A stretch of 64,000 bases of DNA from a virus (taxonomy: Duplodnaviria; Caudoviricetes), in the IMG/VR virus record IMGVR_UViG_3300037602_000037; one strand, 5' to 3'. The notes beneath the pieces are model-generated. The model worked only from the letters and a program-made list of their open reading frames with translations, did not search any database and was not told the origin of the DNA. Of the stretch, positions 30,541 to 41,322 are shown in pieces. Both the position numbers and the translations under genes were made by a program. How positions within the stretch are numbered: position 1 is the first letter of the stretch; each line of letters begins with the position of its first letter.

Positions 30541-33500
30541 TCAAAGATCGGGGCGGCGACGCGCCTTACGCAGTGTTTGAAGTACTTCTCGCAGTTCCCT
30601 CATATCTTGACGTATAGCTGCTTTGTCTACGTTCGCTATAGAATTAAGGTTATCCAGATCGTTGTACGCTTCGTTTAAAGTTTTAAATGTGTTGATCCAC
30701 ATAGCTTCATTCTTACGAACGTTCTTTATACCAGATACACCTTTTTGACGCATTAACCAAGATATAATTTTAGGATCATGCGAGTCAATGTCAAAAGCAA
30801 GACGTATTTCTGTTTCGTTTGCTATCCAGTAAGGTTTAGCAATCATTTTACCTTTCTTAGTCTTGCCAAGACGCTTCTTCTGGTCCATGAAGAAATCACG
30901 GAAACTCTTCATGTTTATCTGTCTACCAAGTTGAAGCGCCGTACCGTCTTTAATTTCTTCCATTTCATCATGTAAGGCGTCGTATACAGCATCATCGATA
31001 TGTACTTTTGACTCAAAGAGTTCTAAAAACTTTTCCGCTACCTTCCATGAACGGAACCCTACACTAATAAATGGATCAACCCTATTCCAACCCTTGATCT
31101 TCTTTAACTCCGGAATATCATCCATAATTAGAATAGCTGGCCAGCCATTAATAATTGCTGCAATAGGATCAATATCGATGAGATCGTCTTCATCTTCATC
31201 CTCGTCATCATTTTCTAGATCTTCATCGTTCAATTCTACTTCATCGTCGTCAATCTCTTGGACCTTTTTAATTGACTTAGCAGAACGTACACCATTTATA
31301 TCCATAGCTTCAGATTTCCATTTGGAAGAACTTTTAACTATGGAAGAAAACTCTTTATATTTTGAAGGGTTAACAGTGAACAGAGTATTCCTCTTAACGC
31401 CAATAGTACGTCCATCATATATCTGTATCTTTGCAGACCGCAGTGTAGTAGAAACTACAATAGCAGGTCCCCAAGAAGAATATACAACTGTACCGGGAGC
31501 TAAATCTTGAGTTCCTACTGCTTCAAATCCCCAATTATTAGGGTCTGCAGGTATAGCGTTTGCGTAGAAAGGAACCCATACTTTCCGTGATCCTTTGATA
31601 GTTGTTTCCGATGTAACTTCGTACATGGCAAGCTTAATAAACTTGTTAATGTCTCGAATATTCCCATCCTCATCAACTAGATCTTCTTCAAATTCTTGCT
31701 CAAGGCGTTGTGCTATACGAGCTTTAGCAGATTTATTGAGAGAATTTTCCCAGTTAATAAAGGTCTTCCAAGAACCAAAGTAACCCTGTAAGTCATCCCT
31801 TTTAGACCTAAATATAAGGTCCAAGTTCATACGCAACATTTCCATGTTGTCAAACTCAAGAGATACTCGTTTCCACTCCTGACGACCTTCGTAGTTAAAT
31901 CTAGCAAGCGATATGATTTTAGAAATCAGACGTGCCATTTTAACTTCATCCAGAGAAGGACTTTGATCATCAGGCGTAGCAGTCATTAACCATACATGGC
32001 GCACAAAATCCTTATTATACTTGCCACGCGGATCAGGACGGAACATACGCGCAATAGTTTGCTTATGTTCTCCTGGTGTCCAGACAGACTGTAGCCTCAA
32101 AATAATAGAAGTCATTTGCCAGTTATTACCTTCACGGATACTGGTTTCGTCTCCTACCATAAGTACTTTTTTGTCGTCGTTTTCGTATTTACGAATTACT
32201 TCTTCATCACCGGACGTATAGTGCAAAGCAATTTTAGCGTACTTACTATAACGTAAGAAGTGCTTTGAAGCTACCTTATTATAACCAAGTACCAAAGCCT
32301 TATTCTTAGCTAAGTCACCTTTATACTTACTAAAGTGATTATCAAGGTATTTGTCAGCAAGACGTACTTTAGGTGATACCAAATCGTCTCCTGACGGTAC
32401 ACCTTCGCCAGTAGGGTTGCCATCCGCGTCAACAGGTATCCACCTTATGTAATCTTCGTCTTCATCTGGAGCAGCTAACCAAGCTTCAACTTTCTGCAAG
32501 TAAACTTGAGCCTTAGCTATGAAGGCTCGTTCTTCTGCATCAGCTTCGTCCTCATCATCATCGTCATCATCATCTTCGTCATCGTCATCAGTTTCTAACT
32601 TTTCTTTCTTTTTACCTTTTTGCTTTTCAGCTTCCATCATCATTAACAACGCATTACGCATTATTAGATTATAGAACTGAACTTGCTTAGGTGTCATTTC
32701 AGCGAAGTCTACAATATCATCCTTCATAGGAAGCATGTAAGACCAATCTTCTTCGCTGGCTTCATGATAAGCTGTAGTGCTACGCAACCTATCTTTAATA
32801 ACCTTAGCTTCTTCGTCGTTCTTAATCAAACCAGTGCTAACACCGTATATTTCAGCGAAATTATCAACGTCATCGCCGAAAATATAAGGGTTAACACCAC
32901 GAGACTGACCAACAGCATCCGCAATAGTGTTAGAAAGAAAAGTACCGGAAGCAATGTGGCGAACATCGCCTTGTGAGAAAGCAGCATAAGAATTTCTTGA
33001 CCTAGCCGAACTAGGGTTCTTAATAAGGTGGGACTCATCCCCAACGAACATCTTGATACCAAGCATTTTGATAAGCAAGATATAGTGGTTAGTATAAACC
33101 GGAGCATCAGCAAAACCAGCCATGGTTTCCAATTCATCGAAAAGCTTCTTTTTAGAAGCAAAGTCACTGTAGGAGTTTACCAAAATAGTGTTAGGCGGCA
33201 ACGAAGTAAACCACTTGTAAAATGCCATCCAGCTATTAATCTTGTTTTGACGCTTCAACGCTACACGTATTGTGCTAGGGCGGAAAGGTATGGCGTTGAC
33301 CTTACCTTTGGTAATAGCATTGATTTCAGTTATCATACCGCGCACTAAGTTTCCTTTAGTAGAAATCAAAGGAAGTACGCTTCTGTTAACTATGCCCATA
33401 ATGGCATCAGTTGTTAGCTGGATAGTTTTACCGCCCCCGGTAGATATTGGCAAAATAGCAGTAGAAGGTGTTTTGCTTAAGCTAGAGTTAATACGACCTT

Positions 33501-35136
33501 GATGGGGAAGGAAGCCTGACAATCCACCTTTACCAATATGTAGGTTAGGAATTTCAAATGTTTTCTTAGTATTATCTACTAATTGCTTATCCTTTTCATC
33601 AGAGTAAGCTTGGTGGCATTTATCAACATCTTCCACTTTCATTTCTGAAATGGTATCAAGAATGTATTGAATGCCAGTTATACGGTATTTAATACCAAGA
33701 GCCTTGTACTTACTCTCCATAACGAGAAATTCAAGGTTCTCGTCTATTTTCTTACGGAGAAGTCTTACTAAAGCACGGAAAGCTCCAAGCATAGCCGGAG
33801 CATCAGGATATTTTTCATACTGTTCAATGCTATATCCTAGAATATGCATTAAAGTAAGTCTAACGTCGGGATTCATACGAATGTCTTGGTCTAAGAACTC
33901 GACGATCCTATTAGCAGGAAACCTATTAAGCATTTCCTTAGCTTCTTCACTATCAGCGTAAGGAATAGCCTCAGAAGTACTCAGTTCTCGAACACTACGC
34001 GTTACTGGAGCAAAGTAATCGAGTATACCAGAACTGTATATAGGAGAGCTAAGAAACATGTACTCAGTGGAGGGGTCTAACTTAACCACACCACCTAAAT
34101 CGATAGTCTCAATACGGCCTGTACTAGATGTAAAAGCGAGAATATCATTAACCCAGTCAACGTAGATTAGCTTGTTATTCAACTGGTATTTTTCGATTAG
34201 CATGTCTTTGTCGAACATGCCTTCTTCATTAACACAAGCGTTGGCCTTGTCCATGAAGGCTTTAACAGTATCCAATTTTGGCGGAATAAACATTGGAGCG
34301 CCAGAACCGGACATAACATAGTTGCGCTCATTAACTTTGGGTGCAACTTCCTTGATTTTGTTCATACGCTTACTATGAGCGGATACAGTCCGAGGATCAA
34401 TTATGGTAACGCCACGACGGCCCGCTGCACCACCAATATTATTGTAAATCCAGATATTAAGAAGATATGGAGAAAATTCTTCTGAATCAACTATTTCCTT
34501 ATATATGATAGGATTGATTTCAATAGCTGTGTAAAATGTTAAGCTTTTAGTACCCGTATTTTCATTATATGCCTCAGAGTCCACGTACATCTTGAACTCT
34601 ACCATATCCTTCAAATTATCAATGAATTTTTCTTTTAAGCTATCAAAAGCTTCATCTAAAAATCCTCTAATAGTAGGGTTAGGTGATAATTTGTTAATAG
34701 CAGCCATAGCCTTTTCAAAAGAAATACCCGCAGAAGATTTCATACCTTCTGGTAAAGATTTCATTAAGCTATCTACTATAGAAGATTCAACATTGTAAAA
34801 CTGTTCAGAGAACCTTATTGAAATGTTCTTCTTATTTCCGTCTCCAGGATAAAGAGTATATATCTCACGTAATTTAGCAGGATCAATGATATTGGTAAGC
34901 TCGTTAATATCGAACCCCATTAACCCGCCAATGTCACTAGAACCTAGCTCTTCGACATTTTTATCATTCAATAACGAAGCAACTATTAACATTCTACCCA
35001 CGGAATGAGCATTAATCATTACCGTAGTAAGTCCTTGCTTAACTTGTTCAACAGGTGACGAGTAAACCTTTTGACGAGTACGACGAGCCGCCGTTTCTTC
35101 CGACATTGAATCGCGTGTCTTTTCAATAATTTCCAT
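30541..35136 (-). CDS. Giant SNF2/SF2 helicase-like ATPase
   Basis: FLPHQ, STGGGKT (Walker A), GDESH (DExH), SGT motif III, MTPKQVQFY, SPKV, REGNN, QTIARMFR motif VI. Confidence 0.85.
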   Translation of the reverse strand: MEIIEKTRDSMSEETAARRTRQKVYSSPVEQVKQGLTTVMINAHSVGRMLIVASLLNDKNVEELGSSDIGGLMGFDINELTNIIDPAKLREIYTLYPGDGNKKNISIRFSEQFYNVESSIVDSLMKSLPEGMKSSAGISFEKAMAAINKLSPNPTIRGFLDEAFDSLKEKFIDNLKDMVEFKMYVDSEAYNENTGTKSLTFYTAIEINPIIYKEIVDSEEFSPYLLNIWIYNNIGGAAGRRGVTIIDPRTVSAHSKRMNKIKEVAPKVNERNYVMSGSGAPMFIPPKLDTVKAFMDKANACVNEEGMFDKDMLIEKYQLNNKLIYVDWVNDILAFTSSTGRIETIDLGGVVKLDPSTEYMFLSSPIYSSGILDYFAPVTRSVRELSTSEAIPYADSEEAKEMLNRFPANRIVEFLDQDIRMNPDVRLTLMHILGYSIEQYEKYPDAPAMLGAFRALVRLLRKKIDENLEFLVMESKYKALGIKYRITGIQYILDTISEMKVEDVDKCHQAYSDEKDKQLVDNTKKTFEIPNLHIGKGGLSGFLPHQGRINSSLSKTPSTAILPISTGGGKTIQLTTDAIMGIVNRSVLPLISTKGNLVRGMITEINAITKGKVNAIPFRPSTIRVALKRQNKINSWMAFYKWFTSLPPNTILVNSYSDFASKKKLFDELETMAGFADAPVYTNHYILLIKMLGIKMFVGDESHLIKNPSSARSRNSYAAFSQGDVRHIASGTFLSNTIADAVGQSRGVNPYIFGDDVDNFAEIYGVSTGLIKNDEEAKVIKDRLRSTTAYHEASEEDWSYMLPMKDDIVDFAEMTPKQVQFYNLIMRNALLMMMEAEKQKGKKKEKLETDDDDEDDDDDDDEDEADAEERAFIAKAQVYLQKVEAWLAAPDEDEDYIRWIPVDADGNPTGEGVPSGDDLVSPKVRLADKYLDNHFSKYKGDLAKNKALVLGYNKVASKHFLRYSKYAKIALHYTSGDEEVIRKYENDDKKVLMVGDETSIREGNNWQMTSIILRLQSVWTPGEHKQTIARMFRPDPRGKYNKDFVRHVWLMTATPDDQSPSLDEVKMARLISKIISLARFNYEGRQEWKRVSLEFDNMEMLRMNLDLIFRSKRDDLQGYFGSWKTFINWENSLNKSAKARIAQRLEQEFEEDLVDEDGNIRDINKFIKLAMYEVTSETTIKGSRKVWVPFYANAIPADPNNWGFEAVGTQDLAPGTVVYSSWGPAIVVSTTLRSAKIQIYDGRTIGVKRNTLFTVNPSKYKEFSSIVKSSSKWKSEAMDINGVRSAKSIKKVQEIDDDEVELNDEDLENDDEDEDEDDLIDIDPIAAIINGWPAILIMDDIPELKKIKGWNRVDPFISVGFRSWKVAEKFLELFESKVHIDDAVYDALHDEMEEIKDGTALQLGRQINMKSFRDFFMDQKKRLGKTKKGKMIAKPYWIANETEIRLAFDIDSHDPKIISWLMRQKGVSGIKNVRKNEAMWINTFKTLNEAYNDLDNLNSIANVDKAAIRQDMRELREVLQTLRKARRRPDL

Positions 35137-35221
35137 AGGTCGTTCCTTTATGGGTATTTGGTACTCGTTATTAATTAACTTTACGGTAATATTGTATGGT
35201 AGGAATCGTTACCTAAATCCA

Positions 35222-35665
35222 TCATATTTTAACAGACTTACGTTTAGGAATGTTATCCTTATCTTCCATGTCTATATCCATAGCAGCTACAGTTTTCCAA
35301 TCTTCAGAAGCACCAACTTTATACTTTTTACATATCATTATAAGTGAGCTAGCTAATTCAGCTGTTGCTGAAAGTGATAACCCTAGACTAAGCAGGTAAT
35401 TTTTAGTATACGAGTTATAAGCTCTTTCAGCTTGTCCCCTAGAATTTATGTCAAGTATATTTTCAAATACTTTACTTTTTTTCAAATCTAAAAAGTGATT
35501 GGCTCGTCTTAATTGTAATTCTAGCAGCGTTGAAAGTTGTTCGCTAATGGAAGGTTCATTGGTATCAAGATCGTCAGCATCCTCTGCTGCTAACTCTACC
35601 ATAGACTGCTTTAAGTTTTTAGCTATTTCCAATACGTTTGACATTTCTTTTCCTTGCTGTATCAT
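35222..35665 (-). CDS. Hypothetical protein
   Basis: ORF overlapping the HNH stop; start may be Met8. Confidence 0.6.
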   Translation of the reverse strand: MIQQGKEMSNVLEIAKNLKQSMVELAAEDADDLDTNEPSISEQLSTLLELQLRRANHFLDLKKSKVFENILDINSRGQAERAYNSYTKNYLLSLGLSLSATAELASSLIMICKKYKVGASEDWKTVAAMDIDMEDKDNIPKRKSVKI

Positions 35666-36024
35666 CGTAAGTTGCGAGTAGCAGATTTTTGCTTACGGGT
35701 AATAGTACCTAAATTTTTACCATGTATCCATCCATGACAATCTTTACATAGAGTTATCAAATTTGATGGATGGTTTGTACCTTTTGGTAGAGGTATAATA
35801 TGGTGAGCATGTAATAAATTGTGGAAAGGCGGCGGAAAATAGTTATTACAACGTTTGTTAGCAATTTCCGATATCCTGCAAGTCCAATTATCACGTTTCC
35901 TTATATAGTAGGAAAGCTCTTCCCATTTTTCCCCGTATAGTTCTTTTTCTACATTTTTACGTTTACTCTGACCCTTTGCAAAAGATCTACCTCTTTTAAA
36001 ATTGGGTCTAAAGTTCGGTCTCAT
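35662..36024 (-). CDS. HNH endonuclease
   Basis: RKRDNWTC...HAHHIIP...NHPSNLITLCKDCH. Confidence 0.9.
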   Translation of the reverse strand: MRPNFRPNFKRGRSFAKGQSKRKNVEKELYGEKWEELSYYIRKRDNWTCRISEIANKRCNNYFPPPFHNLLHAHHIIPLPKGTNHPSNLITLCKDCHGWIHGKNLGTITRKQKSATRNLR

Positions 36025-36764
36025 CTTTTCTTTTTCTTTTTCTTACCACCTCTACCACTGTCTCCACTATCTTTATTTAAGAAATCTACATCACCAGATA
36101 AGTAAGATGTGATGTCACTATGGAGCTTGTGGGAAGACTCATCCATATACGCTGTAACATTTTTTAAAGCATCATCTATTCGCAGCTTTACATTTCTAGC
36201 TTGCTTAGGGGGTAATAAAGAATCAATAGAGTTCTTCAAGTCTAAAAACTCTTTGATATTAATTTGTACCATAGCCATAAATATTGGATTAATGATACGA
36301 GTTTCTATGAACTCAGACTGATGCTCTACATTCCCAAGCAGTTTTAATTCTGTAGCTAATTCCAGCACCTGCTTTTCTATCGCTAGTAGAGCGTACATAG
36401 CATTCTCTTTTTTAGAACGCTTGTAAGCCTTATTAGCAATAGGTACAAGTTTTAAATTCATTGCTAACATAGTTTTTAGTAGAGTTCTGTTAGCTGAATC
36501 TGCGTTAAAGCTTTCACCGCTCTTGATAACGCTGCGCCTTAATAACCTCAAATCATTTTCAAATGTTTGACTGGCGTTTAGTACATCTTTCCCTTCTTTT
36601 CCTTTAGCAAGGTCATTCAATACCTCGGCTAAATCGTTCCTTGCTTTACTTAATTTTTGCTTCTTTTTTGAAACTTTGCTACTGGAAGTAGACGATCCGC
36701 TTGAAACGGATCGTCCCTCCATAAAACCCGATTTAGGTTTATTACCCTGTTTAGTACGAGGCAC
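36021..36764 (-). CDS. Hypothetical helical protein with basic termini (possible small terminase or DNA-binding protein)
   Basis: All-helical; K-rich ends; adjacent to HNH in the head cluster. Function is inference only. Confidence 0.5.
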   Translation of the reverse strand: MPRTKQGNKPKSGFMEGRSVSSGSSTSSSKVSKKKQKLSKARNDLAEVLNDLAKGKEGKDVLNASQTFENDLRLLRRSVIKSGESFNADSANRTLLKTMLAMNLKLVPIANKAYKRSKKENAMYALLAIEKQVLELATELKLLGNVEHQSEFIETRIINPIFMAMVQINIKEFLDLKNSIDSLLPPKQARNVKLRIDDALKNVTAYMDESSHKLHSDITSYLSGDVDFLNKDSGDSGRGGKKKKKKR

Positions 36765-37910
36765 TTAATCTAAACCTTCTACGCCAACGAAACTAGTACT
36801 TGGCGACTTCTCTTTATCGGGGTTTTTACTATCTTTTGCCTCACTCTCAGATGTTGTACCTTCGTCCTTATCCTTGGACTCTTTGCCTTCATCTTCATTT
36901 GAATCTTTATCTCCTGAATCTTCTTTATCAGGGTTTTCTCCAGAGTTGTTTTCTTCCGAGTTACTATACGAGTCATCATCAGAATTATCTTCTTCTGAGT
37001 CATCGTCAGAGTTACTATCCGAGTCCTCGTCAGAGTCGTCGGAGTTATCCTCTTCTGAATCTTCTTCGGAGTCGTCTTCAGATATAGGCATTTGCTGCAT
37101 AAGAGAAACTGCTACGTTACTAAAAGCTTCTCCCATTGCTTCAGGGTCACCTTTTTCCCAGGCTTCTATTACTTCCGCGCCTTTAGAACCAGACATAAGC
37201 TTCATTAAAGCAGAAAGAACTGCACTTCTAGCCGATTTTTCTTTAGCGAACTCAAGAACAAATGAAGCTATGTCAATCTCATTTATAGACGCTTCTTCGC
37301 GCAACGTCTTTATATTAGAAGGACGCTCATCTTCATCGTAGTCATTTTCATCGTCTTCCATATTACGACGAGTTTCTTCTTCTAACTCCGGACGGTGAGA
37401 TCGCAAGAATGTATCAAACTCGAAAAGGAAGGACGCATAATTACCGTAGTTACCTGTATTACCAAGCAACCCGCCATAAATTTTATCAGCAAGCTTCTTA
37501 TTTTCTGGATCACAGAGAACACGAAGTTTCTGACGATTACCGTCTATCCCTAAGTCATCAGAAGCATGTTCTTCTATTTCTTTTTGAGATACGCCAGGTC
37601 CAACCGTATCTTCATCTTCTGTAAGCTCCTCCATTATACCAAGGTCATCGCTGTTAACGACGTTGGGGTCATTAGTAAAAGCAAGGTGCATAGAGGACGC
37701 CTTTTCCACGTCAGATAAAGTAGATACCATACCTAAAGCGGTAAACGCTTTCTCTATAAATTCTTTGTCATCCAGTTCAAAGTTAGATATTTCAACCGTA
37801 TGACTATCACCAAAGGAACTTACTTCTACATCACATAACTGCGATCCATCGGATCGTGAAAGTAATGTGGTAATATAGCCATGAATATTTAATCTTGACA
37901 TGTGTTGCAC
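36765..37910 (-). CDS. Acidic head-associated hypothetical protein
   Basis: D/E/S-rich tail; EKAS, EHAS, EEAS sites. Confidence 0.6.
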   Translation of the reverse strand: MQHMSRLNIHGYITTLLSRSDGSQLCDVEVSSFGDSHTVEISNFELDDKEFIEKAFTALGMVSTLSDVEKASSMHLAFTNDPNVVNSDDLGIMEELTEDEDTVGPGVSQKEIEEHASDDLGIDGNRQKLRVLCDPENKKLADKIYGGLLGNTGNYGNYASFLFEFDTFLRSHRPELEEETRRNMEDDENDYDEDERPSNIKTLREEASINEIDIASFVLEFAKEKSARSAVLSALMKLMSGSKGAEVIEAWEKGDPEAMGEAFSNVAVSLMQQMPISEDDSEEDSEEDNSDDSDEDSDSNSDDDSEEDNSDDDSYSNSEENNSGENPDKEDSGDKDSNEDEGKESKDKDEGTTSESEAKDSKNPDKEKSPSTSFVGVEGLD

Positions 37911-37927
37911 TCCTTCAAATAGAATTA

Positions 37928-38701
37928 TTACACAGCCACAGATTTATTAATCATCATTTTGATCTGATTGAAAAACTCTTTGTTATGACCGTAGAGACGT
38001 TTCATGTAGTCTATAAACGCTTTTTTATCGCTACTAGCCATTGCAGACTCTTCAATATCCAAAGATTGTTCGGCTACGCAAACCGCAAAAGCAGCTTCTA
38101 CGTGCTTTACTTCTTCTTTTTCGACGTCATATATACGAGCTCCATCAATAGCAATACCGGTGCTCATAGCTTCTTCAGCGGCATCGTAATAGTGCACAAT
38201 GTTACCACGGCTATAATCTTCTTCCATACCAACGTTAACGGAAGCAGTAGCCAAGCTACGAATGCTTACACTATTAATAAGCGAACCTATATCTTCGTCT
38301 ATAGTAGAGACAAGATATGCTGTGTCAGCATCCGTATTAACTGTCCAGATATTATCATGTTCATCTTGGAATACGGTATCGTTCACCTGCGTAAACCCGG
38401 CAGCATTAGCTTCTTCCATAGAAATGACGCTTCGCTGCTTCTTAACAAAAAGACGATACAAATCGCCAGTTTTAGTAGCTTTATGCAGAGAGTTAGAGCA
38501 GTAACGAACACCCTCAGTAGCTTTCTCGATGGCGCTAGCTATGCTATCTTCATTAATACGACTATTATACACCCCAGGAATGTGTACCAGAATTGAAGCA
38601 GTTTCCATATCTATTACGTGGGACTTCTGGATATTAATAGGGAGAGCCTGAGTTTCTTCACGCTTCTTAGCGAAGTAGCCGTCTAATTTCACGTTGTTCA
38701 T
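37928..38701 (-). CDS. Hypothetical structural protein
   Basis: 257 aa; AGGA SD. Confidence 0.65.
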   Translation of the reverse strand: MNNVKLDGYFAKKREETQALPINIQKSHVIDMETASILVHIPGVYNSRINEDSIASAIEKATEGVRYCSNSLHKATKTGDLYRLFVKKQRSVISMEEANAAGFTQVNDTVFQDEHDNIWTVNTDADTAYLVSTIDEDIGSLINSVSIRSLATASVNVGMEEDYSRGNIVHYYDAAEEAMSTGIAIDGARIYDVEKEEVKHVEAAFAVCVAEQSLDIEESAMASSDKKAFIDYMKRLYGHNKEFFNQIKMMINKSVAV

Positions 38702-38718
38702 TTTACTTTCCTTTTTGC

Positions 38719-39840
38719 TCAGCGAAACCTGAACGGACGCGCAGCGACCTTGTTGTTCAGGGTGTTTACAGACAACCCGAGGGCGGCAATATTCTTCCTA
38801 CGAATATCAGTTTCACCTACGGGCGGAGTACCTTTACCTGCTACGTTAATAGCAGATTTCTTAGAAGCGGGCAGTCTATCCATAAGAGAATTTAGTTCTC
38901 CAATTCTAGACTGTAAAAAATCTGAACGATTATAGTTTAGCGACGTGTTTAGTCCACTAAACTCAAATGCATTCATTCCTTCGGCCATTAGACGCATGTC
39001 TAAAGCAGCTATTTTTGCTGCTGTTAGCGTATAGTTGTCTAAAGTAGAAGGTATATCCTTCAAAGTCCAAAAAGTATTCTCTGGCTCCGAAGCATTTATT
39101 CTCTTGATACCTTGTAATAATGAATCTATTAACTCTGGTGTATACCATTGTAATGATTCATCAATCTCAACTAGTCGAGACTTATCAAGAAAAAGGTTTA
39201 GCTGCTGAATGAAGTTAATTGTTCTTCTATCAGCTATATACAACGTATGAATTTCGACTTCAGTACTTATTCCGTCGTTGTATTCAATAACTATTTGGTA
39301 TGGGTCGTTGTATATATTCTTTTCAATCCCTAAAGGCGGAATTGTGAATTTAAATGAGTTACCCTTTGATGAAGTAGAAGAAGCCGCAACATTAGAACCC
39401 GTTATAGGAGAATCAAGCACGTTCTTACCTAAAGGATCAATAACTACAATAGAGTAGGATACCAAAGTGGCTGCCGATGATACTATAGCGTCGTTTATAG
39501 CCGTATCACTAACAGCGTTATATACTACTCCAACTGGATTAAACCGTTCATCTTCATCAATAAGGTCTAACTCTTGGTCAATAATGTATTCCTTGTTGTT
39601 GTTATCAACACCAGTTAGCTGTAAAATAAGCTTTTCACGTCCATCAGGAACAAGGTAGTTAGTAGGTATAGTGAAAGAAACTTCCCAGGTAGATCCTGAA
39701 GGCGAAGTTGACCCAGATTGTATCATCTTGTCATTGCTATTATAAATAGCCCAAACAGGAGCTACTGAGAAAATTGCAGCGGAACCTCTATAGGAAAACC
39801 TTTTATTTATGGTGTACTCTCTACCTTTTACAATGTCCAT
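38719..39840 (-). CDS. Putative head-tail adaptor/neck protein
   Basis: Ig-like N-half; helical C-half with INA..P and AFEFSG...SL.YNR pattern of neck proteins. Confidence 0.55.
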   Translation of the reverse strand: MDIVKGREYTINKRFSYRGSAAIFSVAPVWAIYNSNDKMIQSGSTSPSGSTWEVSFTIPTNYLVPDGREKLILQLTGVDNNNKEYIIDQELDLIDEDERFNPVGVVYNAVSDTAINDAIVSSAATLVSYSIVVIDPLGKNVLDSPITGSNVAASSTSSKGNSFKFTIPPLGIEKNIYNDPYQIVIEYNDGISTEVEIHTLYIADRRTINFIQQLNLFLDKSRLVEIDESLQWYTPELIDSLLQGIKRINASEPENTFWTLKDIPSTLDNYTLTAAKIAALDMRLMAEGMNAFEFSGLNTSLNYNRSDFLQSRIGELNSLMDRLPASKKSAINVAGKGTPPVGETDIRRKNIAALGLSVNTLNNKVAARPFRFR

Positions 39841-39841
39841 T

Positions 39842-41188
39842 TTAAATCACCAAGTTAGAGTGTAACCATGAGTTCACGTTTTTTGGAGCTATTACATCAA
39901 AAATCTTTGGTATAAAATCCGAATTTATAACCATAGCAAGGTACAGCTTACTATCGTATTTGTAAGCATATACGTTGACGTGGCTAAGCAGTTTACCCGA
40001 TATCAATACGTTTACTAACCTATGCACTTCACATAGCTGTATAGGTTCATCTGGAGTAGATACGTAAGTAACAGAAGAATTGTACTTATCGTACTTCAAA
40101 TTTTTCTGTATTACATGACCCAATGGGGTTTTAGCCATCTTTTCAGTAGTAGCTATTTCATTGAGTTTACCTAAGCATTTAGAATGAGCTTCCTTGAATT
40201 TATTTAGAAGGACTCTCGATCTTTCAGTTAAAGAAGTTTTTCTAGGCACAGAAGTAACGAATATACTAGCAATAGCAGGTATTGCATCTTCAAGATGAGA
40301 AGTCATTTTTATAACTTCACCAGCATTACTCGTACTACTAATAAATGTTGAAGCTTTTTCTATATCAAATTTTTCTATTGAGACCAGAGTTTTATTTATA
40401 TCAGATTCATGCGAAGATAATATCTTCATTTGTTCCTTAGTTATGTACTTATACTGCAATACTTTTAAACTAGCAGCTTCTGATGATTTAGTAGCCATAA
40501 TTGATCCTGTCAACGCTTCATCGTCTTCCAACGTCTTGGATACAGTTTCAAAGTAAGCCTTTCCAGCGTTCTTCAAGTATTCCACGTTATCCGGCGCGTC
40601 TTTTATTTCTTCCCAAAAGTTCGTTGCAAGCAAGGGAATAACCACAGATAAGTCAACACCAGTTAGTAGCGTTAGCCCCGCTAATCCAACTGTTAAAGCA
40701 CCAGCAGTAATACCAAATTTAAAAGACATTTCTTTCAATGCTTTACTATCTTTTAAATGAATAGCAGAACGTAAAGCCTTAGCCATATTATTTTGTTGAT
40801 CCGCTGGCATATCATCTACATTTTTATCAAATCTCCTGTTAGATCCAGCCATTGTCATAGCGACTGCCATGGCTACTTTACCAGGATTAGATTTGACATA
40901 ATGGAATATTTTACCAGCAGTACTCTTTTTTGGTTTCTCTAAATTAGAAAGACTTATCTCAGCTGTAGGAGCATCGACTTTCTGAATGGTTTCTTCTACT
41001 TGAGTTTTACTCTTACCCTTCTTATCCTTCTTATCCCTCTTATTTTTATCACCTTTGGATTTTTCCTTGTTATCCTTTTTCTTCTTATTTTTACCTTTTT
41101 TCTTGGTAATTTTATATTTAGAATCAGGATGATCCTTCAAATAAGCTTTTTGTTCTTTTTCAGAAAGATTATTCCACCACTTGGACAA
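39842..41188 (-). CDS. Putative virion/ejection protein with hydrophobic hairpin
   Basis: WWxxLSxxxQKxYLxxHPxSKY N-terminus, K-rich linker, hydrophobic segment, EAAS/EKAS sites. Confidence 0.55.
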   Translation of the reverse strand: MSKWWNNLSEKEQKAYLKDHPDSKYKITKKKGKNKKKKDNKEKSKGDKNKRDKKDKKGKSKTQVEETIQKVDAPTAEISLSNLEKPKKSTAGKIFHYVKSNPGKVAMAVAMTMAGSNRRFDKNVDDMPADQQNNMAKALRSAIHLKDSKALKEMSFKFGITAGALTVGLAGLTLLTGVDLSVVIPLLATNFWEEIKDAPDNVEYLKNAGKAYFETVSKTLEDDEALTGSIMATKSSEAASLKVLQYKYITKEQMKILSSHESDINKTLVSIEKFDIEKASTFISSTSNAGEVIKMTSHLEDAIPAIASIFVTSVPRKTSLTERSRVLLNKFKEAHSKCLGKLNEIATTEKMAKTPLGHVIQKNLKYDKYNSSVTYVSTPDEPIQLCEVHRLVNVLISGKLLSHVNVYAYKYDSKLYLAMVINSDFIPKIFDVIAPKNVNSWLHSNLVI

Positions 41189-41257
41189 CTTGGTTTCCTC
41201 AAGGTATATGTGTTTATACTATATAATTAACAATTATAATACGAATATAGCCACAAA

Positions 41258-41290
41258 AAAGGCGGTCCCCAATTAAGTAGGACCGCCTTT
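41258..41290 (-). terminator. Rho-independent terminator
   Basis: AAAGGCGGTCC/GGACCGCCTTT, T6 on minus strand. Confidence 0.85.
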
Positions 41291-41322
41291 GACATCTAAA
41301 TGATTCTACTTAGTGAACCGTA

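Noticed and set aside
35662-36024. HNH as an intron-encoded homing endonuclease
   Set aside because: Short stand-alone HNH overlapping both neighbours by ATGA, with no split host gene; more like a packaging-associated HNH
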